64,000 bases of DNA from Balamuthia mandrillaris (lineage: Eukaryota), in NCBI GenBank assembly GCA_031835245.2, contig JAVKOQ020000111.1:62001-126000 (forward strand), in the 5' to 3' direction. Both the position numbers and the translations under genes were made by a program. Below are positions 1-11,897 of the stretch, in pieces. Numbering within the stretch: position 1 is the first letter of the stretch; each line of letters opens with the position of its first letter. The notes under the pieces are model-generated. The model saw only the letters and a list, made by a program, of their open reading frames with translations. It made no database searches and was not told where the DNA came from.

Positions 1-822
1 CTGTTTGCCTTGGAGAAGGCGGAGGACTGGCAGTTCCTCAAGGAAAACAGAGGCGTCAAGATCAGCAAAAAAGTCGTCCCTGGGAGCCCTGTACGTTTGT
101 TTTCGTTCCCCTTCAAGCCCTGCATTTTTTTTTGGCTAACGAATTCGTTGTTTATTTTTGTTTTTTTGGGAAAGGCTTCTCTGATGAGAGGCGAGAAGCT
201 CATGGACTGTAGTGTGGAGGAGTTGAAGGCCATTCTCAGGGCTGTGGAAAGGCGGAAAGAATGGGATCCTCTCACTGCATCCTGCAAGAAGGTCAAGCAA
301 GTCACTGACCTCTCTGCTATTGCCTACATTCAGTTTGTCACCAGTTGGCCTGGTTTGGCTTCTCCCCTCTTTTTCCTTTTCCTCGTTCTCTTCCTCTCGT
401 CTTCTCTCTTCTCTCTCTCCCTCCCTCTCTCTCTCTCTCTCTCACTCTCTCGATGTAACGCTTTCTTATCTCGTCTTTCTCTCATTTCGAACATAGTATC
501 CGTCCGTGATCTTTGCTACTATGCTTCATTCCGTACTTTGGAGGACGGAACCTTGGTCTTTGCCGCCTTCTCCGTGGAGGACAAGGCCTGCCCTCCCGTC
601 TCCAGCAACGTGCGCGCTGACCTCTTGGCCAGCGGCTTCATCATCCGCCCATTGCAGGACCAAGAGGGCAAGTGTCATGTGACCTATCTCATCCAAGTGG
701 ATCTCAAAGGCTGGTTGCCGGGGTGGATCACCAACCTAGTCGGCGAGGAGGCCCCCTTGGTCTTGGACCGAATCCAACTGACCATCGACCGTGATAGAGC
801 TGGCATTCAAGTCTCCCAATAA
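1..822 (+). CDS. START-domain lipid-transfer protein (5' incomplete, spliced)
   Basis: Spliced exons (introns ~92-174 and ~353-496) give START motifs RKEWD, WP-VSVRDL, NVRA..SGFIIRP and QVDLKGWLPGWITN; stop at 820-822. Confidence 0.85.
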   Translation: MFALEKAEDWQFLKENRGVKISKKVVPGSPVRLFSFPFKPCIFFWLTNSLFIFVFLGKASLMRGEKLMDCSVEELKAILRAVERRKEWDPLTASCKKVKQVTDLSAIAYIQFVTSWPGLASPLFFLFLVLFLSSSLFSLSLPLSLSLSLSRCNAFLSRLSLISNIVSVRDLCYYASFRTLEDGTLVFAAFSVEDKACPPVSSNVRADLLASGFIIRPLQDQEGKCHVTYLIQVDLKGWLPGWITNLVGEEAPLVLDRIQLTIDRDRAGIQVSQ

Positions 823-830
823 GCGACCTC

Positions 831-864
<34 letters not shown>

Positions 865-1023
865 TTCATTTGACCATAACCTTACCTAGAGCAAAGTTTT
901 ATTTATTTATTCAAGTCCTCTCTCTCTCTCTCTCTCTCTCTCGCTCTCTCTTCTCCCACCTCTTTTGTTGTTAACTTTTATACAGGAAACAAAGTGAAAG
1001 ACAAAGCGAAGGGTGGATTTCTT

Positions 1024-2344
1024 TTACAACAAGCCCAACCGCCGGATGGCTTTAAACTGATCAGGTATCTCCATCAACGCTTCGATGGCGAACGACGCAT
1101 CAGCATGCTTCAACGGTGCATGCTTATTCCACTCCACAAACTGAAACTGAAAAAGATAGCAGAGCGAACGTGAGTATCATGTTTAAAACTAAACTAAATG
1201 AGATGAGAGGTAAACATACGTTATCGAAACGACGCGCAGGTAGTCCGTCATCCTTTTGGTTTTTGCCAAGCGTTAGCTCTTCGCGGAACAGAGGAAAAAA
1301 AACCGATACGTACAAACTCTTTCATGGTGTACCAAGGGCCATCGCCAACACCCACAACGATGATGGACAGGGGATGGTTGGTGGCTTCCACGATGGCATC
1401 CACAGTCTCTTTCTCTCTGGTGATCTCGCCATCGGCGATGATGACCAGAATGTGATAGCTTTTGTCCGCTTCCACAATCCGTATTGCTTCTTGAATCTGT
1501 GCAGAAGATTAGGAAGCAGAAAGAAGGATGGAGAAAGAAAGAAAGAAAGAAGAGGAGGAAGAAGAAGAGGAAGAAGAAGAGGAGGAATGAGAAATAACAA
1601 GCAGAGATGCTCATGAGGAAGAGGAGCGACGAACGATTGGAGCAAAGGAAGTGGGGCCACTGAGCAACACTCTGGGGGTGATTTCCTTGTACCGTGCCAA
1701 GGCTTCTTGGAAGCCACGGCAAGGACGCCCATCCGCAAAGAAACGAAACACGCCTTTATCCTTTGTCGTTACGTCTCCTATTCTGTTGGTTAACAAAAAG
1801 TGAAAAAAAAAAACACAAAGAAGACGAACCGAAGCCAAAGCAAGGAATAAGTCGGTCCTCATCAAAAGCTTCCAGAGTGCGACCTAGAATAGAGATGCAG
1901 CGCTCGTATGGGTTTGGCTCGGCCCCTGTCGTGTCATGCAGACTTCTCCCGTAAAAACTGTGTTTTCCATTCCACTCGTTGGACTTGGTGTAGTCGATCC
2001 CTATCATCGAGCAAGAGATCAAGAGAGAGAGAAAGAGAGAGAAAGAGATGAGAATAAGTTTTGTTTTGCGGAGAATAAAGATAAAAAGAGTACCCAAGAT
2101 CAAGTTGGAGCTCTCCAACCCGGAGGCTTTTAGAGCTTCTTGCACCTCCTCGATGGACTCGTACTTATCCTCTACGGAACCCATGACACTGTGAGTGAAT
2201 TATTGTTTTCCACTGTCAAGAGAGGGAAGGAACCAAACCGATCGCATTGAAAGAGGTCCTCTTTGTGCGTGTCCTGGCCTGTGCCAACAACAAAACAAGC
2301 AGGAGAGCAAATGCTGCCAACATCAACAGCCCGGTCACCACCAT
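1024..2344 (-). CDS. Copine/RGLG-type vWA protein with N-terminal hydrophobic anchor (copy 1)
   Basis: ATG 2344 ([22 protein letters not shown]...), intron 2238-2172, then [51 protein letters not shown] and [18 protein letters not shown]. No C2 or RING domain. Confidence 0.85.
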
Positions 2345-3312
2345 CCTCTCTCTCTCGTTGAGTGTAGTTTTGCTGCGGAGTACGCGTGAGTGAGTGCTCT
2401 CTTTTGTGGTTTTTTTCACCTTGCAAACCATTAAAGACATCACCACTGCAAAAGGCGGGAAAGGGCTGAGGGAGACATGCATGTGGCAGGCTGGCATTGG
2501 CTGGACTCCGAAATTTCACCCGCTCTACGTGGCAACTTGGCTGAGGGGCTCTCTGGTGACGTCGTCACCTTCGAAATTTCCTCTCCGGAGTTTAATCACG
2601 AAATTTCAACAAAAATTGAACAACCCATTAAAATATTAATAGTTACCTTATTTGTGTCGGTAAGATATCTCCGCGGCTACAATCTTTCTTTTTCTCGTGG
2701 GTGGATCACATGCCGCGTGCTAGTTGTATGCACCAGATGCTTGTCTGGTCGCTGTAACCCCCCGGAAAATGAGTTGTAGACCATCCTCATCGGGGGGAGG
2801 GCCTTGCAGGCTGTTTGGGCGCCTGGGATAAACGGGGGAGGCAGCGAACCCCAGTTACTATTGACTGAAATGAAAGGAATGGCAAAGGGAAAATTAGTGT
2901 CGACGGACCGTATTCGGAGCGAACCGTTGCGCGCTGGTCTCACATGATCACAAAAGAGAAAGCGGAAGAAGAACCAAGAAACAAATAAAATGTCGGGAAT
3001 GGAATAAACAGGTAACCGAGCCGTCAATGTTGTCAAACTCTCTCCTTTGAAGGCGGGGCTGGTCTGGGGGCGTTTCGCTGAACGTTGAAAAAAATAAAGT
3101 AAGAGCTGGGAAGACTGTCTGTTTCATGATAGACCAGCAATTGAACGTCGGGAAGCAGCATCTGTTCTTTCGCCAATACAATTATTAGTGCGATACCTCT
3201 TGTGGAGAGAATCAGACAAAGTCACCAGCAAAAACTATAAAATGAAAACGAAAAACGCCCTTTCGCTCCTTCTCATCACAAAGACAACAAACGCAAAGAC
3301 AAAGAAACAACA

Positions 3313-4720
3313 ATGAAAACCTTTACACTGCTCTTCCAACTGGCCGCGGTGCTGTTGCTGCTCCTGGCCCCTTCTTTCACCTCTGCGCATGTTCCCATGG
3401 CCATCGCCGAAGATGCGGAGCTTGAAGAGAGAGAAGAAGGCTTGACCTGGGCCGACGTCGATATCGACATCGACGAGACTGGCATTGAGGACCTGCACGT
3501 CATCGAGTTCAACACCACCTCTCGCAAGGTTCTTGCCAAGGAGGAGGTCGAGGAGCTCATCCGTCAGGGTGTCTCCTTTGTGGACGTGACCCAGCACGAG
3601 GACCTTCGAGCCACCGCCGCTCCGGCCACGCCTCGCATCCCTTCCTCTCCCTCCCGCCAGTCCTTGGTTAACTCCTTCCTCCCTCAGTTGAGCACCCGCA
3701 ACATCGAGGCCACCATCAGCAGGCTGTCCAGCTATTACACTCGCTATTACACCACATCCTCCGGAGAGAGCGCTGCCAGGTATCTCTATGAGAGATTCAG
3801 GGCCTACGCCAGGGCTCACAGCGAAGGCAGGGCCGAGGTGGAGCTCTTCCGTCACAGCTGGAGGCAACCTTCCGTGATTGCTCGCATTCGTGGCTCTGGT
3901 AACTTTTCTTTCCTGTGTTTATGAGTTTAGGTGTTGAGGTTGTTTGTTGACTTGGCACTTTGATAAAGGATCCGCAGCAAATGAAGTGGTCATTGTTGGT
4001 GCTCACGAGGATTCTGTAAGCTCCCCAAGGACCAGCCGCGCTCCTGGTGCCGATGACGATGGTTTGTTAAACAACACGCCTCTCCCGTCAAATAGAAAGA
4101 AAGAACATGCACTAACGGACGGCCTTTCATCCTTCCTCTTTTTCAGCCAGTGGTATCGCCACCATCTTGGAGCTCTTCCGCATCTTGACTTCGGAGAACT
4201 ACACCCCTGAACGCACTCTTGAGTTCCACTGCGTACGTCTGCTCATCTTTTCTTATTCATTCGAGCACTTTGCTTATCTCTCTTTTACCAGTATGCTGCC
4301 GAAGAGGCTGGACTTCGTGGCTCTCAGGCCATCGCTGCCTCCTACCAATCCCGACGCGTGGTCGTGGCCGGCATGATGCAGCTCGACATGACGAGCTACC
4401 GCCGCTCCGGCACCACCGCCAGCATCGCCCTCGTGCAGGACAATGTCCACTCGGGCCTCACCAACTTTGTGAAGCAGCTGGTGAGGAGCTACGCCAGGAT
4501 CCCCTACACCACCACCACCTGCGGCTATGGCTGTAGCGACCATGCCAGCTGGACCAGGGCTGGCTACGCTGCCGTCTTCCCCTTCGAGAGCTCCATGAGC
4601 AGGCTGAACCCTAACATCCACAGCTCCAGGGACACGCTGGCCAGGCTGGACCTGGACCACGGTTTGGAGTTTGCACGTGTGGCCATGGGCTTCCTTGTGG
4701 AACTCAGTTTTGATAATTAG
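3313..4720 (+). CDS. Secreted M28-family leucyl aminopeptidase
   Basis: Signal peptide; spliced motifs GAHEDS, GADDDASG, YAAEEAGLRGS, QLDMT, CSDHASW, IHS; three short introns (~3899-3968, 4062-4147, 4232-4291). Confidence 0.92.
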
Positions 4721-5136
4721 AGAGATCTTTTGTGCATGTGTGTGTGTATGTGTGTGTGTGCATAGGGAGGGAAGTAAGAGCAATGTACATAGTAAACTTG
4801 CGAACCGAAAATAAAAAAGAAGAGTAACGTATTTGACTCTCTTAGCGGCAGGCTGGCTGAGGTTTTGTGGCGAGGCTTCTCTCTGTTCCCTGCGTAGATC
4901 GTTTTTCTTGGGTGTTTGAAAAATTGTCCGCATTTATTTATGTATGAATTGCGATTGGCCGCATTGCGCAAGGCTACGATCTACTCGTGACGTCAGGAGG
5001 GCAGCCAAGTTTCACCCAAAAAAAAATAAAATAATCAACTAAACGAAAGGAAAAGGCGAACAAGTCCACGGAAGAAAGCTGTTTTACGGCCTCTGTTGGT
5101 TCGGGGTGCCAACGCGTGGAGCGAGCGAGTAGCACA

Positions 5137-8100
5137 ATGTGGAGCTCCTTGTTTTTCTATGTACTGTTACCCCTTGCTTTGTTGGCCGGTGCCTATTTCA
5201 AGGTGTGTTCTCTCTCTTTTGTGTGTTACTCTCTTCTGCTACTTTTTTACTCATCTTCAACCCTTTTTTTTTTTGATTGGATGTGAAGTGGTTCCGTCGT
5301 TATTCTTCCAAAAGCAAGGACCGCACCACCAATGCAGGGCGAGGCAGGAGCAAGGTACCCCCGCTCACCGTAACCGAGTGCGAGGCCGGCCAGCTCCCCG
5401 AGGAGCTTCGCCGACAGGTGTGGCGCCTCTTCAAGCAAAACTTTGTCAACGAGCACAAAAACTTTCAGTCCTTTGATGAGTACCTCCGCAGCCGCCTCAT
5501 CCTGCTCTTCCGGGACACCACCCCGCAGAGAGGGGTGCAGGGTTTCATCCTCCTCTCCGTCACTGACCACATGATAGAGGGCTGGAAGGTGGGCGTCATC
5601 ATGGGTGATTTTTTCGCCCTCAACGGGGAGTACAGGGGATCCAGCGTGCCGATCTTTGCCCTCCTGAAGTTTTGCGTGAAGACCAAGCTGCGCCACCCCT
5701 TCAAGCTCATGTATTACTTTTTTGTAACCTACAGCTACAAGAGCTATCTCAGCTTCAGCCGCTCTATGGGAGAGTTCTATCCACGACACTCGGTGAGGAC
5801 TCCTGCGTGGGAGAACAAGGTGCTGAAATACCTGGGAACTCTCAGCGCAGGGGATTGGGGACGGTACAACCCGGAGAGGTATGTCATAGAGGACTGCGAC
5901 CCAGGTAGGCAAGGGCAGCTGTCGGACCTGGCTCGCTCCCGGCCGCGTGACCTCAGCACCACTTGCGTTTGGTTCTCCAAACAGAATCCAAACTTTGCCA
6001 AGGGGGATTGCCTTTGTGTGCTGTGTTGCGTGGGGTTGAAGAACATCCTTGCTGGAGCGAAGAACAGTCTTATTAGGGCGTTGGGGCTTGCTAGCAAGAA
6101 GAGGAGAAGAATGCAACAAACCAAAGCTGTACGTTTACATTCTCTCTCTCTCTCTCTCTCTCTGCTCTCTCTCTCTTCTCTCTCCCCTCTCTCTATCTCG
6201 TGTAACATTAACAGATTTTGATGAACGACAATTGAACAGAAAATACAATTGGACAAGACGTCTCGTGCTCCCGTAGCGTTTGGTATCCGTGAAACTAGGG
6301 AAGAATTCCTTGCAAAGGTTTGTACGAACCTTTATCATATGTTATTACGAACGCTCACAATTCTCTCTCTCTCTCTCTCTCTCTCTCTGAAATGTGAATA
6401 TAAAAAAAGAGAGTAGAAACCCAGCAACCGTTTAGAGTTCAAGTGGATGAAGAGGAACTGAGCGACCTGTTTGACCATAGACTAGAACGAGCTCGTTTCC
6501 CTGACCAGCTTGAAATGCAAGACGAAGAGCAAGAAGGAGCAGAAAACAAAAACGAGGAAGAGGAGGAGGAAGAGAAAAGACAAGCAGCAAACAAACGGAA
6601 AAAGAGCGAGGCTCAAGACGAGAGCAACGAGAAAAAGACACTAGATAAATGGAGGTACGGCTCCGAACTGGGATACATGAAAGAGCTGGTGGAGTATTGG
6701 CTCAACGACTACGACTGGACCAAACATGAGGCGTTGCTCAACAAGTACCCACAATACACAATGGAGATCAACGGCAAACGCATTCATTACCTTCATATAA
6801 AGTCCAAAGAAAAGAAGGCGCTGCCGTTGGTGTTGGTACACGGTTGGCCTGGCTCCTACTTTGAGTTCTTCAAGGTCATCGACATGCTAGTGGATCCTGT
6901 CAATCATGGCGCCAACGCTGAGCAAGCCTTTCACGTCATCATCCCATCTATTCCAGGTTTGCTTTCTTTCTTCTTGTTTCTCTGTTGTTTTGTGTTTATT
7001 GTTTCTGTTTAAAAGGATACGGCTGGTCGGAGGCGCCAAAAGAGCCTGGATATGACGTAAAAGCGGCGGCAAAAGACTTTACAGAGCTCATGGAGGCATT
7101 GGGGTACAAACATTACGTTGCTCAAGGCGGTGACTGGGGTCATCTTATCTGCGCCTACATGGCCCTGGTTGACCCTCACCACTGCCTTGGCATCCATATT
7201 AACATGGTTTGTTCGTTCGTTCGTTCGTTTGTTTGTTTGTTTGTTTGTTTGTTTGTTTGTTTGTTTGTTTGTTTGTTTGTTTGTTTGTTTGTTTGTTTGT
7301 TTGTTTGTTTGTTTGTTTGTTTGTTTGTTTGTTTGTTTGTTTGTTTGTTTGTTTGTTTGTTTGTTTGTTTGTTTGTTTGTTTGTTTGTTCAGTCCTCCCT
7401 TCTTTATGTTCTTGTTCCTCCTTCATTTCTTTCTTGCTTCTGCTTCTTGCTTTGAAATACTTATTTAGATTTTTAAAAGGTGGCATTTTGGGAGCCACAA
7501 GACTTTTGGACCAAAGCCATGATCACATTCGATGTTATATTACAGCGATGGCGGTTGAGCCCAGAGGAAAGGAAGTGGTTTGCGTTTGTGGAGGAGTTTA
7601 CCGAAACGGAATTGGGCTACATGTCTTTGCAGCGGACCAAGCCCCAAACCATTGGCTATTCTCTCACCGATTCACCAGGTATTTGCACATCCCTTACTCT
7701 TTCTATCTTTTTTCTACTTCGTTTCTCTTCTCACACCACAAATAGTGGGATTGGCGGCTTGGATCATTGAAAAGTTTCGAACATGGAGCGACTGTGACGG
7801 CGACTTGGAATCACGTTTCAGGTATTTGTTCTTCTTCTGCTTCTTCTTGTTCTTCTTGTTCTTCTTCTTCTTCTTCTTCTTGTTCTTCTTCTTCTTCTTC
7901 TTCTTCTTCTTCTTCTACTTCTTCTTCTTGTTCTTCTTCTTCTTCTTCTTCTTCTACTTCTTCTTCTTGTTCTTCTTCTTCTTCTTGTTCTTCTTCTTCT
8001 TCTTCTTCTTCTTCTTCTTCTTCTTCTTCTTCTTCTTCTTCTTCTTCTTGTTCTTCTTCTTCTTCTTCTTCTTGTTCTTGTTCTTCTTCTTCTTCTTCTT

Positions 8101-8637
8101 CTTCTTGTTCTTCTTCTTCTACTTCTTCTTCTTCTTCTTGTTCTTGTTCTTGTTCTTGTTCTTGTTCTTCTTCTTCTTCTTCTTCTTCTTCTTCTTCTTC
8201 TTCTTCTTCTTCTTCTTCTTCTTCTTCTTCTTCTTCTTCTTCTTCTTCTTCTTCTTCTTCTTCTTCTTCTAACATAAAAAACAATAACCAGCAAAGATGA
8301 GTTATTGACCAACATAATGATCTACTGGCTAAGCAAAAGCGGAGCCTCCTCCGCCCGTCTCTACTACGAAACCGCCAAGCGGGGTCGGCTGGCACCCCCT
8401 CAGTTCAAGGTGTGGACGCCCACGGCCGTTGCCATCTATCCCAAAGAGATCCTGCGGCCTCCCAGGCGCTGGGCGCAGCACTTTTACAACGTCAAGCGGT
8501 GGACGGTCATGCGGAGCGGCGGGCACTTTGCGGCGTGGGAGGAGCCGGAGAGCCTGGTCAAGGACCTCAGAGCGTTCTTTTATGATGACCTGCGTTTGCA
8601 TCAAATGGATCTCTCTGGTGACTTTGGCTTTTGGTAA
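5137..8637 (+). CDS. Putative fusion: N-terminal TM anchor + GNAT-like domain + microsomal-type epoxide hydrolase
   Basis: Hand-built exons 5137-5202, 5289-6128, 6240-6317, 6410-6956, 7016-7206, 7480-7678, 7746-7821, 8293-8637, joined by GT-AG introns. The epoxide hydrolase part is clear (PFRV..DEEELSDL..RL..ARFPD, HGWPGS, QGGDWG, GGHFAAWEEP). The fusion itself is inferred; confidence refers to the fused model. Confidence 0.65.
7207..7390. repeat. (TTTG)n tetranucleotide microsatellite in an intron
   Basis: Directly visible; starts at the GT donor of the intron. Confidence 0.95.
7826..8269. repeat. (TTC/TTG)n mosaic microsatellite in an intron
   Basis: Directly visible between donor 7822 and acceptor 8292. 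Confidence 0.95.
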
Positions 8638-8743
8638 GAGAAAAGTGGAGCGCACAAGCAGATAAAAACAAAAAAAATAAAACTTCAGTGGTCGTCGATC
8701 CTCTGAAAAATGTACTTTTTTTCCCCTTCTTCACAAATCTTAT

Positions 8744-9004
8744 TTATGCCAATGCAGCTTTGATAGCAGCTCTGATCTGGTCCCTCTTTTCGCTGGTGTC
8801 AGGAGCACCTCCTCCCCAGGAGAGCAAAGGGGCATCTCGAGGCAGCTGCCCGTCCTTGATGATCTTCACTTCGAACTTGTCCAAACCGTTGGCAAGGGCT
8901 GGTTGTTCATCGAACTCAGCTTGAGGGAACTCGCGCTTCAGCTGGTCCAGCAGCTCTGTGGCCAGAGGGATGTGCTGTTGGGTGGCTCCAATGAATACTT
9001 TCAT
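8744..9004 (-). CDS. Small Rdx/SelW-like thioredoxin-fold protein without the CxxU/CxxC motif
   Basis: 86-aa intronless ORF. LKREFP, KFEVKI and PDTSEKRDQIRAAIKAALA parallel selenoprotein W (LEHEFP, FFEVTV, VDTESKF.KLV.AIKAALA), recalled from memory. No Cys present. Confidence 0.6.
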   Translation of the reverse strand: MKVFIGATQQHIPLATELLDQLKREFPQAEFDEQPALANGLDKFEVKIIKDGQLPRDAPLLSWGGGAPDTSEKRDQIRAAIKAALA

Positions 9005-9243
9005 CCTCTTTGGCAGTGTTGTTGTTTCCTCTTTTCTTTTCTCTCTTTCGTGGACCTGTGTCTACAAAAATAGTTTCAGGTTCGCTTCTATCCTCTCTCT
9101 TCTCCTCTATCGTACCCTCTCTCGTATCCTAGCTCTTAACTTCGCTCATGTCCTTGCTCATCTCCTATCTCCTCTACTCTCTCCTGTCCTTCGCAGGAGG
9201 AAAACAAAAACAAAGGGGGGTGAGTTTGAACAGGCAAAATATA

Positions 9244-10372
9244 TCACAGAAGACCAAGTTCCGTGATGGCACGGAATTGGTCTGGTATCTCCATCAACGC
9301 GTCGATAGCAAAAGTGACCTCTGAATAAGAGGACTTGTTAAAGTCCACGAATTGAAACTGCAGGCAATGTGCAAAAGAGAATTAGTGAATCCAGAGAGGG
9401 AGAGAGAGAGGGAGAGGGAGAGGGAGAGGGAGAGGAGAGGGAGAGGAGGGAGAGGGGAGGGAGAGGGAGAGGGAGGAGAGGGAGAGGGAGAGGGAGGAGG
9501 AGGGGAGGGAGGGGAGGAGGAGGAGGAGGAGGGAGGGGAGGGAGAGGAGGGAGGGAGGAAGGAAGGAAGGGAGAGGGAAGAAGGGGAGGGAGGAAGGGAG
9601 AGGGAGAGGGAGAGGGAGAGAGAGAGAGAGAGAAGAAAGAGAAAGCAAACAGTGTCACGTACGTTATCAAATCTGCGAGTAGGTAGCTTGTCATCCTGCA
9701 AAACACAATCAAAAAGGATTACAAAACGAATACAAAAGAGATGAAGAAAACAAGTAAAGACAGAGTCAATACGCACAAACTCTTGCATCATATCCCATGG
9801 CCCATCGCCAACCCCTATTTTTATTTTGCATTGTTAGATTCATACACAGGAAAGAGAGAGAGAGAACAGTACCAATGACAATGATGGAGAGAGGATAGTT
9901 TGTGGCCTCCACAATGGCACTAATAGTTTCTCTTTCGTTGGTAACCTGCCCATCAGCTACTATCACTAGTATGTGATACTACTCGAAAAATAGCAATCGA
10001 AAATTTCGGGACACAAAAGCAGAACATAGAGTTGATAAATATAGAAGAAAAGCTCAATAACAGGAAGAATAAGAAAAGGAAGTCGAAGAAGAAGAAGAAG
10101 AAGAAGAAGGAAGGAGAAAAAGGAGAAGAAGGAGAAGGAGAAGGAGAAGGAGAAGAACAAGAAGAAGAAGAAGAAGAAGAAGAAGAAGAAGAAGAAGAAC
10201 AAGAAGAAGAAGAAGAAGAAGGAGAAAAAGGAGAAGAAGGAGAAGGAGAAGGAGAAGGAGAAGGAGAAGGAGAAGGAGAAGAAGAACAAGAACAAGAACA
10301 AGAACCTCTTGTCTTTCTCGGACTACTCGAATGGCTTCTTTTATCTAATTGCGAAAACCAAAATGAGACAAC

Positions 10373-10417
<45 letters not shown>

Positions 10418-11232
10418 AATAGGAGCAAAGGAAGTGGGTCCACTCAAGATAACGTGTGGAGTGATTTCGTTGTACCGCTGAAGTACCTCAGAGACGCCAT
10501 AACACGGTCGTCCATCTGCAAAGAATGGAAACACCGCCTTGTCCTTTGTTGTTATATCTCCTGTTGTTCGAAAAAAAAAACCTGCATGAATTATGAAGAC
10601 GAGGCGAATAGAAAAGAGGGAAAGATAGAAACCAAAGCCAAATGCAGGGATAAGGTGGTCTTCATCGAATGGCTACCAACATAAAGAATCAAAAACAAGA
10701 CGTTATAGCAAACAACAAAAGTACCAAAAAAAAAAAGAAAGAAAAAAGAAAGAAAACAGCTCAAAGAAGAAGAAGAAGAAGAACAAGAACAAGAAGAAGA
10801 AGAAGAAGAAGAACAAGAAGAAGAAGAACAAGAAGAAGAAGAAGAAGAAGAAGAAGAACAAGAAGAAGAAGACGAACAAGAACAAGAACAAGAACAACAA
10901 CAACAACAACAACAACAAGAAGAAGAAGACGGAGAAGAAGGAGGAGGAGAAGAACAACAAGAAGAAAAACAAGATATACCTCGAGTGTGCGACCCACAAT
11001 GTCAATGCAGCGTTGATAAGGGTTCAGCTCGCTGCCCAACGCATGCAAAGACCTGCCGCCAAAAGTGTTTCGTCCGTTGTACTCGTTCGACTTTGTATAG
11101 TCGATAGCTTCATTCATTCATGCCCAAAAAAAAAACATAAAGAAATATAAGAGAGAGATAAACGACGAAAGAAGAGCCAAGAGAAAGCGAGGAAAGAGCG
11201 AAAGAGAAAATTAAAAAAAAACACAGAAACGG

Positions 11233-11271
<39 letters not shown>

Positions 11272-11386
11272 AAAATGAGAGAGAAACCGATGATGAGGTT
11301 GGAGCTTTCCAGACCGGCCTTCCGTAATGCCTCTTGCACTTCTTCAATGCTTTCAAACTTATCCCCTAACAACAAACGAACGTTTA

Positions 11387-11427
<41 letters not shown>

Positions 11428-11643
11428 CAGGGCAGAGTGTAACGTACGAATGGCAGAGAAACCAGAAGCAAAGGAAGAAGAAGAAGAAGAAGACGACGAT
11501 TGCGGTGCCGCTGGTTGTGGCTGTTGTTGAGCAACCTGTCCCGGCAGGCCTTTCTTGTAGAAAGAGGCTATGATCGTGGAGCCCAACACGATGCAGATCA
11601 GCACCACCACCACGAACAACAGGAGCAACTCTTCCGGTTCCAT
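9244..11643 (-). CDS. Copine/RGLG-type vWA protein with N-terminal TM anchor (copy 2)
   Basis: ATG 11643 ([25 protein letters not shown]...), then [74 protein letters not shown]. Paralog of 1024-2344. Confidence 0.85.
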
Positions 11644-11897
11644 CTCTTTCTTTCCTTTCTTCACTTCTTTCAACGAAAAAATGAGGAAGAGACCGTTGCA
11701 ACCTGCACATGACGAGCCCAATTTGACCAGCATTTCCCCTTCGTGCACAGATATTGATCTATTTCTTCTCTTTTTGTGCTCATTTTGTCCTCCACATCAA
11801 TAATTATCAACTTTTCTGCGCAATAATCGAATGATTATCGTGAAAAAATTGGATAAAAAAGAATACCAAAAAGCAAAAGAGGAACTGAAGAAGAGGG

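Noticed and set aside
7580..8395. Long poly-F/S/E/R ORFs here and at ~9350-9700, 10000-11100, 14100-14500, 38860-39460, 40040-40430, 44750-45060, 48660-49570, 54720-55080 and 62500-63490
   Set aside because: Translations of stop-free intronic or intergenic microsatellites, mostly bounded by GT-AG; not genes.
8744..9004. True selenoprotein
   Set aside because: No in-frame TGA or Cys in the ORF, and no SECIS that I can identify.
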